Source: Selaginella moellendorffii
Lineage: Eukaryota > Plantae > Lycopodiophyta
Direction of reading: 5' to 3'
DNA length: 64,000 nucleotides
Assembly (NCBI RefSeq): GCF_000143415.4
Contig: NW_003314267.1
Coordinates: 3,786,446-3,850,445, forward strand
Within the stretch, counting starts at the first letter, position 1. Each line of letters starts with the position of its first letter. Position numbers and translations under genes: made by a program. The notes below the pieces were generated by a model. It was given only the letters and a program-made list of their open reading frames with translations, searched no databases and was not told the origin of the DNA. This document shows, piece by piece, positions 1 to 12,719 of the stretch.

Positions 1-315
1 TGTCACTTTTGCTATGTATATATGTGAAAGATCTAATTTAGTTGTTTGGATTTAAAGAATCTAAACACAGTTAGCTCAAAGGTTCAGGAAAAGTACAATA
101 TTTTTATACAATCATTTATTCTAGTCTTGAGTAATAATATAGTTCTCTCTCTTACAGTACACTCCATTGTTGTATGAATCAAATTAAATTATGTATTGCT
201 ACTATATGTAGCCATAAAACTAGAGTGAAATTTTTTATTTGATTACTTCATAAGTATGCATTGAGACTTTTATCAGGATTTATATTATTGAGTAATTACT
301 ATTATCTTTGTATGT

Positions 316-407
316 GCAGTGCTGTAGCAGCAATCGTAGTTGCCTAGGATTGCCGCCTTGGGCATTCCAAGCTTGCTGATCTCTTGCACGATCTGGACGT
401 TCTCGCC
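316..407 (-). pseudogene. Isolated exon fragment of a DevT/TIGR04168-like metallophosphoesterase
   Basis: Minus-strand translation GENVQIVQEISKLGMPKAAILGNYDCCYS resembles the family segment (GN)ENVELV..I..L..PKAVILGNHDAWY. The catalytic GNHD reads GNYD. It is a GC-richer island in AT-rich DNA with no flanking exons seen. Confidence 0.55.
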
Positions 408-721
408 TTTGTCATGTGGTCATTGTCAAAGAATATATATTATTAACAGATCGTGCTCATACACAAAATCATAAACAACTATTAACAATTCATCAGCGTG
501 TTGCATGCAGAAAGCCAAAGTGATATTAAATCTGATTGTTTCAGAAAGAAGCCAAGTTATGTAACATATATTCAAAAGATCGTGCATAAAAAAATTACAA
601 ACAAGTATTAAAAATTCATCTCGTGAGTTGTATGCAAGAAATTGTCAGAGTTCAGCTAGATATAAGATCAAAGGTTGGGGTTGCAAACAATCCACAACAA
701 TATCACTGGCAAGCAATCAAT

Positions 722-1045
722 ATGGGGTTGCTCAAGGCTAGTGTTTGTGCAATCTCATTCATTATTGTTATAATCGCATTGGCTACTGACGATGTGGGTG
801 CAGTCACCAGCATCACTACATATGCTTTACCACGTTGTGATGGAGCAGTTGATACATATTCCAGTTGTGGTCAGTGCCAGAGTTTAGCTGTAGCAATTGG
901 AGGTTACAAGATTGACTATGATGGAAATCCCATTCGAATTTATACAGCACCAGCTTGTACAGGGCAAGGTGCATTGATAACTCAAGACCAGGAAGCATGT
1001 GGTGTGGGCACCCTTCCCATTTTGAGCTTCTATATACGCTGCTGA
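722..1045 (+). CDS. MiAMP1-family (beta-barrelin) secreted antimicrobial peptide, 107 aa, copy 1
   Basis: ATG at 722; hydrophobic signal peptide MGLLKASVCAISFIIVIIALA. The mature part has six Cys spaced like Macadamia MiAMP1 (S..T.Y..P.C....Y.SCG.C....GGY...Y.G....Y....C.G.......AC......S..I.C-end). TATAAG at 661. Confidence 0.85.
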   Translation: MGLLKASVCAISFIIVIIALATDDVGAVTSITTYALPRCDGAVDTYSSCGQCQSLAVAIGGYKIDYDGNPIRIYTAPACTGQGALITQDQEACGVGTLPILSFYIRC

Positions 1046-1427
1046 CAATGGATGTGTGTGCTGATGTTTATTAAGTAAATAAGAGGCAAAACTTCAACCA
1101 ATTTGAGTTACTTCATCATCGATGTAATGCATGTGTGATGCACAAGCTGCTTGTTCAGAATTGGATGAAAGAATGGGACTTGGAAATGGCAACTTAATCA
1201 CTCAGCCCCTGGTCCTGCACCGAAATCCTGGTAATGATATCACTTCTTGCTAAGAGAAATGGAAAAAGCTAAAAGAAAAGGAAGATCTAAACAAAGCAAA
1301 AGTTAGATCTAAACCAAAATCCTAAAAGGAATGAATAGAAGAAAGGAAATGGGAAAAACTAAATCTAATTAAGATTGTCTTTGAGAAAGATCAAAATCAA
1401 AGCTTGCTTCCCTCTGTAGTTTCCATC

Positions 1428-2480
1428 GCACATTTGCATGGCGTTGTCCTCCTCAACTACAAGCTCCAATCTCAGCACCATCACCATGCCTTTCCTGCTT
1501 CCGGAAAGTCTTCGTGCTGCGTCAGCACCTCATTCACCGAGCCTGCACTGCGCGGCTCAGCTGTTCGACTGCTGGCGTTGATTCCCGCAAGAGTGGCAGC
1601 ATCTCATCGAACGGTGTGCCAATCACAAACGCCGAGCCTTCGTAACTGTACTTCGACGCTGCAGTTGCCTTCATACTGCTCATTCCAGCATCCCTCGTCC
1701 GAGAGCTGACTCATCTTCGGCCAGTCGTCTTGATCAGCGAGCTTCAGCCTCCCAATGGCTCTTGTTTCCTCTTCCTAATCCTCCAGAGAACGTAGAAATA
1801 ATTTTGTGGCCACCGTCCAGGCACGCAGAACTTCAACGAGATGCAGCAGCGACAGAACTTCGGCAGAAGTTGCAATCCCCAACTCAGCAGTAGCTTCCTG
1901 TCACAGCGAAAGACAATTCAAGGAAAAACAGGTTGGCTGCTTCAATCTAAATTGACTTGTGAACATTCCAACCTGAAAGGACACACATAAGCAAGTTCGG
2001 AAAAAGCTTGTGAAAATGCTATATACCTGCAAGTGCGGACAGCTTTGCCATATATAAAAGCTTTCGCCAGGCAGAGCTTTGGCTCGAGGCTAGCGACCTG
2101 AAGATCCGGACCATCAGGACGAAAAACCGACGTCCGGTTTCACTCTACAGATATAGCTTCAGTGACGAATACCGATCTCGCAGCACTTTCAGCCCGCTTA
2201 CACACCAAAAGAGACGTCGTAAGCGGCTGCATTTCTTTCATGCTGTTGAAGAGTCTGCTCCAGTCCTCGGCCAAAATAGCACCGGTGTAGAGATATCATC
2301 AGCTTTTGCTCAAAGCCCTGTCCTTGCATAAAGTTTGTGACTTCAGTGTGACTTCAGTGACTCAATTATAGCTTGACTTTGTTCATCGATGCAGCTGAAA
2401 AGCTCTTCTATGCTGATACTGTGTGAAAAACACATCCACCTTTGTCCACTTTTGCTGGAAGCTTTATCCCCGACTAGATC
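1428..2480 (-). pseudogene. NUP133: Internally deleted 3' fragment of NUP133, copy A
   Basis: Colinear nucleotide similarity to 60880-62600 (e.g. ORF 1404..1709 vs 60782..61111). Retains intron relics; many deletions. Confidence 0.85.
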
Positions 2481-3468
2481 CCTAAGGAGATTTTCTACCT
2501 GGATTGCGTCCTTCACAATCTGGTCCGAGTGTAAGACTTCAACATCTGCTCAATGTCCATCTTAGTACGAATACATGCTGATTCCCATGAGCTGCTGAAT
2601 TCCAACCAAAACATCTAAGAATCGATCCTCCTCTTTAGAAATCTTGGTGCGGATCTAGATTAAGTAATCGTTATAGGAATATGCTAAAAGGAGAATTACT
2701 TATACCATTTGTCGCTGCAAGACATCTACATCTCGCCCATAAAATCAAAACCATTATTAATGGAACAAAAAAATCATTATTACTTAGAGATTTGAGATTT
2801 CTTATGCTTCGGTGCTAATGATCACTATAGCCTTCTAGAAGTTCATCTTCCTTAGCACCAATCTTTTCGGCAGTGTCATTGTTATTTTTGGTTTGCTTAT
2901 GGTAGTGAATATACCTAGAATATGCTTAGATATTCTAGGATATTCTACCATCTAGCGGTTGGTATTCATTTAGATTAATTTGGTATTTATAATTTATAAA
3001 CATGTTTATAATTTATAAACTTTCCTAAACCCTTTCTAGTATATTCTTTTTTATTCTATCATCGATTAATCTTGTGTTTATAAATTACAAACATGCTTAT
3101 AATTATAAACTTTATTTAATCAATTAGATTAATAAGTAATAATAAAACTACCATTAAGCAAACCAAGTGTTGCTACATGCAACACGTAGCAATTTATTTA
3201 TCACACCACCCATTTGTTCTTTGCTTCTTATCAAAAACTTCTTTTATATTTTGTCTTTCACAATGGAAAATTTAAAATTATTATTAATCCCTCACTAATT
3301 AATCATATTTACTCTAAAACAAAAGGAAACTCATAATCTTGACTTTATCTCAGTCATGGCACACTCACACATATGATTCCCATTTCCATGAATGTTTGCA
3401 TTTGCCTCTCTTTAAATCTCATTCTCTTTTACCATATTAAGCTTGCATGGCAAAGGAGGTAAGAAAAC

Positions 3469-4582
3469 TGTAAGGAACCAACTCCCCGAGGTGTTATAGG
3501 CTAAAGGATCCCCAAAAGCATGACCGAAATGATAAAGAGTTCATTGGATGGGACTGAGTCTGAGATCGAGTCCAAGACCAACTCTGAGACCGAGTTCGAA
3601 ATAGAGTTCGGGATCGAGTCTGAGGCCGACTCAGAGACCGAGTTCAAGACCGAGTTCGAGACAGAGTCTGAGATTCGAGATCGAGTCTGAGACCTAGTCT
3701 AAGGTCGAGTCTAAAGTCGAGTCTGAGATTGGGTTCGAGATTGAGTCCGAGATCGAGTCCGAGACCGAGTCCGAGTACTAATACAAATCAAGGGGTGAAA
3801 GCCCAAAGCATGCATCTCCCAGAGGGGGGGGGGCTGGGGCTGTAGGGGGTTCCAAAAGTATAGTAGGGATAGTGAGGTCTAGGAACTAGTCTTGAAGGAA
3901 CTCTCTAGTGGTGCTTCCAAACTGACTTGAGGTTGAGACTGGGGCCGAGGGGCCTTGGGTGGGAGTGAACATGGACTTGGGTGGTGCCGGAGGGGCCACC
4001 CAAGGAAGTGCTCAAGAGTAGCTCCCACTCCTGAAAAGGAAACCAACTATGGTGCTCCCGACTCATGTGGAGTGGTGCCCCACTTGAGTACCTTGTGGCT
4101 CATTGGTCCTTGCCCTTCCTAGGGGTTTGGGCCTTCCTTTCGAGATGGAAGTGGGGGGGGGGGGGGGTAAAGGTACCTATACTGGGCTGTTAGGCCACAG
4201 TGTTTCACCTCGATGTCCTGAAGCAAGTGTTGCACCCAAGGCTTGGGATTTAGAGGGTCCCATGATCAAGTTTTGTTGTGCCAAGGGATGTTAGGAACCT
4301 GGAGGCTTCGTGTGCTTGGCTGCTTGTGCTTGTGGGGAGTGTAGCCGAACCTTAAGTCCAGTCTAACCTGAGAAGGGGGATTGGGAGAGATTTGGGAATC
4401 CATGAATGGATGGCTAATGTTCCATTGCTCATGTAGTGAGTAATTGAATCCAAGTAGGACCAAGTAAGAGCTAGTACAATAGGCAGGAACCTTGGCGAGG
4501 GAACTTAGCAAAAACTAAGGCAGTGTTGGTCGGATAGACAAGGTAAGGTGGCAAATTGGAAAGGAAAAGTTTGTGGCTTACA
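3469..4582 (+). mobile_element. Solo LTR (TG...CA) with 5-bp TSD AAAAC
   Basis: AAAAC|TGTAAGG at 3464-3470 and GGCTTACA|AAAAC at 4575-4587. Shares the GGGGTGAAAGCCCAAAGC..polyG..GTATAGTAGGGATAGTG block with the neighbouring LTR family. Confidence 0.8.
3552..3775. repeat. Degenerate 12-bp minisatellite (GAGACCGAGTCY-type) inside the solo LTR
   Basis: Repeated gagaccgagtcc/gagatcgagtct/gagaccgagttc units. Confidence 0.85.
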
Positions 4583-4596
4583 AAAACATGACAGGA

Positions 4597-7500
4597 TGTC
4601 GCGAATGTGACTTTGGGTATTGAAAGTTACCTATTGACCGGTCCTTACGGACACTCTTTCCTTACTGCCACGACGGCAGGAGGTCAGTATTGCTAATTCC
4701 CTTTATCAACCCCTCTTGTTCAAGTGTTAGTTTACTGGGCTTAGCACCTTTACTTAGCCAGATGGACATAAGGTAGGAACTCCTATGTGTTTCTAACTGA
4801 GCATACTCGGCCTGGCTCTTAGTTCTCTTTTGCTCTGTCTTGCACTAGCTTGACAAGAACCCTCGCGTATTGAGATTAGTCCCTCAATATCGCTGGATGA
4901 TAGCTTACCGTGTTTACAAAACACCCTCGCTATCATGCCCTTTGTGTTAGTCTCAATTCATCTTAGATGCTATTTATGGAAAGTGTCTAGATTTGCTCAT
5001 TTGGCATATCTACGGAATGTAAAGATCATCCTGAACACAATGGTGTTCGTCCCGTATCCAAATTCGCAATCTAAGGACATTCCATATTTAGTAAGTTTCG
5101 AGCTTGTCCCAGAGACTAACTCTTGATACTAAGGGAGGCTTGGGGTGAAAGCCCAAAGCGTGTGTTCCTCAAGGGGGGGGCCTGTGGGGGGTTCCAAATG
5201 TATAGTAGGGATAGTGGGTAGGTCGGGCATAGCCGACCAATCTGATGCATAGTCTAATTCCTACTTGCATGCTTGTCCTTGTTCAGCGTTTGGCTTGGGT
5301 CTAAGCCCAAGTTCCATACCATGCTAATTGATGAGGTACCCATATCCTTGTGTTAGGCCACCAGTATGCCGAAATAGCGCTAGACTCCATTTGGCTTCGT
5401 TTTGCCTGTTAGTCCTGGCATTGGGATGCTGGTTGCTCCAGGACTGTTCCAAGTCACTCCGGGCTCTTGTCCCTTCGCTCTTTGGGCTGTATGCTTGGGA
5501 GTTGCTCCGTGGTTCAGTTCCGTCACTCCTTGGTTTCATGCTTGGGAGTTTGGCATCGTTCCTTCGTTCAGTGGCCAAAGGCCCTAAACCTTGGGTTCCA
5601 CACCATTGTCCTATGGACATGTGGCATGTGACACGTGGCATCTGTCACGTGGCACAAAGAGGGTTAGGTTCCGCTTCGTGGTGTTATCCTATGGTAAATC
5701 ACCATAGGATAAAGGGTAAAAACCACGTGCACTACATTTGGTATCGGAGCATGAGTCTTGGCGAGTACTATCCAATGAGATTGGGCAACTAGTCTTGTTG
5801 CATACGTAGAGATGAAAATGATGATCCGAGTGGGTACATGTTTGGGTGCAAAGACTTCACAGTTGTTCCTTGGGTATGGTTTTTGTTACCTTTTTGTACT
5901 GTAATAATGTGAGCTTGCTCTTGGGCTCATAAAATGGATTGAGATGTTCCATTACACGAGTTATCGCTTGGGCTCGTGAGTGAGGCACATTAGCAACTCA
6001 AGGTTGCACTTTGAGTTGGCAGGATTAATGTTAGCCTATCGGTGGTTCCATGAGTTGTTCCTTATACCAAGGGTGAAAGAAAACTTCCATTGGTCTCATA
6101 AATTTTTTTTGGATTGGGCTGAAGGCAGTGCGAAAGCAAGCTTGAGGTTTAGTCCAAGATGAGACCGAAAAGAGAGTTACTAGGGACAAAGGATCAAACA
6201 AGTAAATCATTTTCTTTTCTTGGAGAGATGATTTGCAATGAGGTGTTGACTCATTGCTCATGTTCACAATATCCAATCAAGAGTCCCTACCTTGATGCAT
6301 GTTGGTTATAGTGGTCTTGCAAGTGGTGAGTTGTGGAATGGATAGCAGTGAAGTGCCATACCATTTTGTTTAAGCTTGCTATTGGAAGACTTGGGTTGCA
6401 ATGCTCAATTCTTTTCCAGGGAACCTTGCTATTGCTCCTTAAGTAGCTTGGTGTAGGATTAATGTTGGTTTTGGTCGGAAAAAGAGTGGCATGAGCTTAT
6501 CTGTGTTGTGAACAAAAGATAGTAGTGTTAGGTGTTGTAAGTCTCTATTGGTGGAGTGTGGCATTTATGTTGCATTTTATGGAATTGAGTTGGCATTTGA
6601 TATTCACATGAACCTTTGAAGTAATGACATTGGCATTGCTTGTGGTGTTATTCAATTGATGATCAAGTCATTGTGATTCTCATATCATATCCATGTGACA
6701 GTGAGCAATGTGCTTACGAAGTTGCTTGGTTAAACGATGATCAACCCCAAAGTGGTTGATGGTGAAGCTAATCTATTTGCAAGTAGTAGCATTGTAGTAG
6801 CTTTGACGGGATTCTCGATGGTGGTCCATTATGCTAAGCTTAAATTGGTACCTTGTTTCCTTGAATTTGCCCATTAAGGTGTTAGAAAGCGTTACAGCAT
6901 TCACTTGCTATGGCTTGTCAGTTGATCCATTGACACTTGGAGTAGATTGTTGGATGGAGAAGATGTGTTGTTGAGGCATTGACATCGCTAGCATTGATGT
7001 TAGTGGAAGTGGCATTGTTATTTCGAGTGAAGAGGAATTTTCCTTAGAGCTTGATTTTCCATGTTATTTTTCTTGTTAATGTTTTGGCTTCACATTGGAT
7101 CTTGAAGATGGTTGAAGAAGAGTGTTAGTGCAATGTGGATATCTGGAGATGTGGTCTTTGTGATCAAGCCTTGGATATTCACTTTGCATTTTACGGATGT
7201 CAGTGTTCGATGTTGGAAAAATGGGCAAAGATGTTCGATGCTTAGACATACTATGGATCATGAGAATTTATGATGAGATGAACCTATGTGAAGTTGTTAG
7301 TAGGAGGAAGTTGGTTAAGTCTTGAAAGTTTGCAATTCTGGACTGAGAGTCATTCTTTTTCTAGGATGGAAAATTTTCCACAAATTTTCTTAAACTTTTC
7401 CAATGGCTGATTTGTCAGTCACTTTGCTTGAAAACCAGTCCATTTTCGTAAGCTAGTACAAATTAGTGAAAGGGTTGGAGTTGACTTTGGTTGTCTTAAA

Positions 7501-10500
7501 CTTTAGTAAGTAGTTTATATGATGCAGCCCGAAAGGGATGCTGACTTTTGGGGCTAAGGCAATTGAGTTGGATAGAGTCTGGAGTTGGCGTAGAAAAGTG
7601 GCCCATGTGCTTTTCTAAGAAAGGTGACCCTTGTGCCTTTCTTTTGTAAGTGTTTAGCTTGGTGGTAGTTTGCACCTTGCATTTCGTTAGACTCTATGAG
7701 AGTAGTGAGCTCTCACTGATCTTGACTTGGCCTTGGTGGCCCTATGCCTTGGCTGAGGATAGTGATGTCCAACTTAGTTGTTTAAGGTTAAGATGTTGGT
7801 ACCCGTACTATAGCTTTGTCTATGAGGAGGTTGTGTACCGATATAAGTCCATCTCATGGTCTTCACTTTAGTTTCGACTGAGTGTTAATCACATAGCTAG
7901 CCTCTTCAAGGCATGCTCAGAGCTATTGACTAAATGCATTAGTGAGCTTATTGCGGTTGAATTGGATCCAAGTGGTCATTTAGTTTGTGCTTGTCTATGA
8001 ACTTTTATCTCGTACCTGGGGTATCACGTTCATGTTAGACAAGTATATAACTTGATGACAAGAGTTGGTGTTTGGGTCTTGTGAACGCAAGTTGAGGAGT
8101 GATTGTTGGTTGCTATGCGACTAGTGATTACTTGTAGACTTAGTCGAGGACTGTTGACACTTGCTTCGCTTGATGATGATTTACCAGTGATGGGTTTGCT
8201 TTACCGAATGGTGTTGCGGAGGATTGTGTCATTAGACTTACATGAGTTTTTCATGTTGACACATTGACTCTACCTCTGTTGATATCATTGGGTTACATCT
8301 AGTCCATAATGTTGGATTTCATTGAGTCTTGGACGTGGTGAATCACTCATTGATGATGTGTTATCTAAAACTGAGTTTTGCTGAAGGAATTGGTCTCGGA
8401 TACTGATTAAGGTATCTTCGACCTTGGTTAGCTTGGTTGTTAGAGAGCTTTAGGTGGTGATTCACTCGTGCTTTCTTCTAGTGTTGATGGCATTAAAGTG
8501 ATGCCTTGTTGATATTATTGATGTTGAGATTCAAGTGAGATGAAATGTCTATCTTTAAGATTGATATTGAGTTTCATTACTCTCGATAAAGATAGTGTTG
8601 ATGGTTTGGCCATGACTTTGTGTTATTAGCATTCATGCATTTGCTAATTAACAACTATGTTGACGTTCAAATGAACTAAGTGACAAGTTGAGTTAGTTTT
8701 GTTTTAGACGAGATTGTTTAGTAGAGGTTGAACTTTGAGCTTTTCCTTGAAAAGTGATTTAATTGTGGACTATGCTAACTCTATGAAAGGAAAAGTTAGT
8801 GATTGGTATTGAAGTGATTAAATCCTTGTTGGGTTCCAGTTAGGATATATTGATCATTGATGATTCTTCTTGTACTTGTTATGAAGTGAGTTACGTCTTT
8901 CTATAGATGGATTTATAGAGGATCAAATTGAATGATCACTTATTGAGCATAATTTCGTTATACTTAGCTTTTGGATTGATGCAAACATACTCTTCATTAG
9001 CTTTTGTATTATGAAGTTTGGCTTATGGATGTGTTGAAGAGGGTATTGTGGGTTGTCCATGATTTCTTCTTTAGCATTGAAATTAGTTCATGCAAGACTC
9101 GTGATCATTGTTAGGCAAGACTTGGGTATAGGCTTTTTTTAGCTTTTGGTTTTTTTTTAAGTTTCATGCTCAATATCCCATTTGTTAGAAGTTGTTGGGG
9201 GAAGGCATTTTGGCTCATTATTTTCTATGTTGAAGTTAGCTTTTGCATCTAGCAATCATTGGTGATGATTGACTATCATCTAGGATAGTTGATTATCCTT
9301 GTCAAAAGGTTTTGCTTGATTATTGTTGGTATAGAATGGTTTGCCATTCTTCGGGATGGTGGATTCCTTCTTAGACGATGATTATGCATCTCTTTATTGA
9401 TGAAATGATTGATGATCTTTCATGATGGTTAGTTGTTCTCTTTGATGGCTTATGGCTTTTCGCATTACCACATATTCTTTGTGGTTTGCTTTGGATTGGT
9501 CTTTGGGTTTGAGATATCAGTAGGATGTGCCGATACTTGCTTAAGCAATTCTGGTTCCTTCATATTGTTAACTGGGATCTATTCAGATTGGCTGGTATGA
9601 TGGTTGGCATGACTATATGAGAAATACATAAACTTAAATGAGTTACGAGGCAACTTCTTTGTCTAACACGGATGCGCTACCAACTCAGACACCTTCCAGC
9701 CGTCGCCGACAAGGAAATGACCAACGGAGTCAGCCACCCTTGCTACTTTGGGAGTCACCCAGCTTACAAAAGTGTGATATGCCCCTACCCGCAGGGACAT
9801 AGAGAGAGGAGCTAGAGGCCTCAACCCTCATGAGCAAAGAAACCAAATCCGTTGGTAAGGTTTAGATAGACTACTGTAAACAGGAAGTTAGAGTTGTTTA
9901 CACGGTCATGCCCTTTTAACAGAATAAGGATCATTGACAGAGAAGCGGGTTATGTGACCAGTCGATAGTAGCTATCCCATGACTAGAGATTTCACCATGC
10001 ACACAAAGTGCCGAAGCCAGTCTACCTATACTGGCCCAAACTCAAAGATCAATAGATGGACAATATCAAAGTCATAAACAATTATATTTTAGAGACTTAA
10101 TTATCAGTGAATATATCTTAGATTAGAACACAAAAGTATTCCAAGTAAGTTATCATTCGATAAACCAATATTATAGGATAGGAACTACCAAGATCACTAT
10201 CATTGGAAAACATAGGATTCACCATCCAATAAAATTCAATAGCAAGTATATCATCAAGGAAACTCAATGATGAAACTTAACTATCGAAGATGGTAGACAG
10301 TATGCCAAACAACTTACTAAAGATAACTTAAAGAACACAAAGTATCATTGACTGGCAAATAGAAACTATCACTATCCTATAATACTTGTTTATCGGATGA
10401 TAACTTAATTGGAATACTTTTGTGTTCTAATCTAAGATTTATTCACTGATAATTAAATCTCTAAGATATTATTGTCTATGACTTTGATATTGTCCGTATA

Positions 10501-11793
10501 TTGATCTTTGAGTTTGGGCAAGTATAGGCAAACTGGCTTCGACACTTCGTGTGCATGTTAAAATCTTTAGTCATGGGGTAACTACTATCGACTGGTCACA
10601 TAACCCGCCTTTTTGTCGATGTTCCTTATTCCGTTAAAAGGGCGTGACTGTGTAAACATCTCTAACTGCCTATTTACAGTAGTCTATCTAAACCTTACCG
10701 ACGGGTTTGGTTTCTTTGCTCATGAGTGTTGGGGCTTCTGGCTTTTCTCTCTATGTCCTTGCAGATAGGGACATATCACACTTTTGTAGCTGGGTGACAC
10801 CCAGAGCAGCAAGGGTGGCTGACTCTGTTGGTCATTTCCTTGTCGGCGACGGCCGGAAGGTGTCTGAGCTGGTAGCGCATCTGCGTTAGACAAAGAGGTT
10901 GCCCCCTAACTCATTTAAGTTAGTGCATTTCTCACATAGTGTGAGTACCGTGAACTTTTTCTAGAGTTGTTTCCTTGGCGGTATTCTAGACTCAAATATG
11001 CATCGACGAGGATGTCGATCTTCCCTAGGGGGGGGAGAGTATTGCGAATGTGACTTCGGGTATCGAAAGTTATTTGTCGACCGGTCCTTATAGACACTCT
11101 TTCCTTACTGCCACGACGGCAGGAGGTCGGTATTATTGGTTCCCTTTATCAGCCCCTCTTGTTCAAGTGTTTGTTTACTGGGCTTAGCACCTGTACTTAG
11201 CCAGATGGACATAAGGTAGGAACTCCTATGTGTTTCTAGCTGAGCATACTTAGCCTGGCTCTTAGTTCTCTTTTGCTCTATCTTGCATTGGCTTGACAAA
11301 AACCCTCATGTATTGAGATTAGTCCCTCAATATCGCTGGATGATAGCTTACCGTGTTTGCCAAACACCCTCGCTATCATGCCCTTTGTATTAGTCTAGAT
11401 GCTATTTATGGAAAGTGTCTAGATTTGCTAATTTGGCATATCTACGGAATGTAAAGATCATCCTGAACACAATGGTGTTTGTCCCGTGTCCAAATTCGCA
11501 ATCTAGGGATATTCCATATTTAGTAAGTTTCGAGCTTGTCCCAGAGATTAACTCCTGATACTAAAGGAGGCTTGGAGTGAAAGCCCAAAGCATGTGTTCC
11601 TCAGGGGGGGGGGGGGGCGGGGGCTGTGGGGGGTTCCAAATGTATAGTAGGGATAGTGGGTAGGTTGGGCATAGCTGACCAACCTGAGGCATAGTCTAGC
11701 TCTCACTTGTGTGCTTGTCTTTGTTTTGTGTCCGGCTTGGGTCTAAGCCCGTAAATCACCATAGGATAAAAGGTAAAAACCACACGCACTACA
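4597..11793 (+). mobile_element. Degenerate non-autonomous LTR retrotransposon, copy A (5' LTR 4597-5736, 3' LTR 11040-11793)
   Basis: Direct terminal repeats start TGTCGCGAATG/TATTGCGAATG and end CACTACA. Met-tRNA-type PBS TGGTATCGGAGC at 5739-5750; polypurine tract just before 11040. No long internal ORF; no clean TSD. Confidence 0.85.
9612..10940. repeat. Long inverted repeat (arms ~9612-10181 and ~10372-10940) in the LTR-element 3' internal region
   Basis: Arm 1 (e.g. CGTCGCCGACAAGGAAATGACCAAC) is the reverse complement of arm 2 (GTTGGTCATTTCCTTGTCGGCGACG) over ~570 bp with scattered mismatches. Confidence 0.9.
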
Positions 11794-12719
11794 CAAGGCG
11801 AGGAAAGATAACATGGCCGAAAGATCACATATGTTAGTTATGGCCCAAAGTATTAACCACTTTACAAGAAGCAAAATGTTTTAAGTGTATAAGAGGCTTG
11901 TTCTTTGGCTTGGTTTGTGCTTTGTCCCTTGTCCTAGGTCAACTTTAGCGAACTTAAGTGTTTGATATCCCTTCTGTGATGTTCTAGAGATTTTTGGTGG
12001 AACCTTCATATAATAATTTTAAAAGGTTAAAAGTTTTAACTTGAGAATTTTAGAGAAAAATACCTATGATCACAATTAAAAATGTTGATTAGACTCTTGA
12101 AATCATTTGTAACTACTTGGAATTCTGGTATTAAAATTGAAATTGATAAAAAGTGAGGCAAAATAATTTTTTGGACATCAAATATAAAGAAACAAAAGAA
12201 AATATCACCATATTTTAATTGTAACACCCCAAGCTACCTGAGTCATATAAGACAAAATTTATGATCATGATGAAATTGATGTTTATGAATGATTCTATTT
12301 TAGATTCAAAAAAACATGTTTAAATGAAATTTATGTTCACCTGAAATTCTTGCTTGCCCATACTTTGGGTAGTATGTGTGAACTCCCACAAATGAGTTTT
12401 GGCCCTTATCTTTCACGTTTTCTTGTCTTCTTTGCCACACAAGTTTCAACATGGCAAAAGATAACAAAATTTAACAAGAGGCCTCACACTTTACATGTCA
12501 ATTTGGAGTGGCCAAGGCGAGACAAGATGTCGATACCACTCATTCCCTGCCTCTATGCTTGCCACCATCCCTTGTACGGAAGAACACAGAAACAATTACT
12601 TTGTACGGTGGTTCTGCCAAGACGTAAGAACGCTCTGGATCCTTCTCTACCTCAAAGAGAACTTGGTGCCTTTCTTCTCATTGAATGAATCTCAAGCGAT
12701 GGGTCACGGGACATAGACT

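Noticed and set aside
623-721. N-terminal extension of the 140-aa ORF
   Set aside because: It starts at GTG and spans the TATA region. The signal peptide begins at ATG 722.
5324-5792. Hydrophobic 154-aa ORF as a membrane or env-like protein
   Set aside because: It lies inside the LTR, is broken by a stop in copy B, and reflects GT-rich composition.
5751-9600. Copia or Gypsy assignment for the triplicated LTR element
   Set aside because: Only faint Copia-like words (ISGDVVF, NVLTKLLG), in unexpected order; too degenerate to classify by eye.
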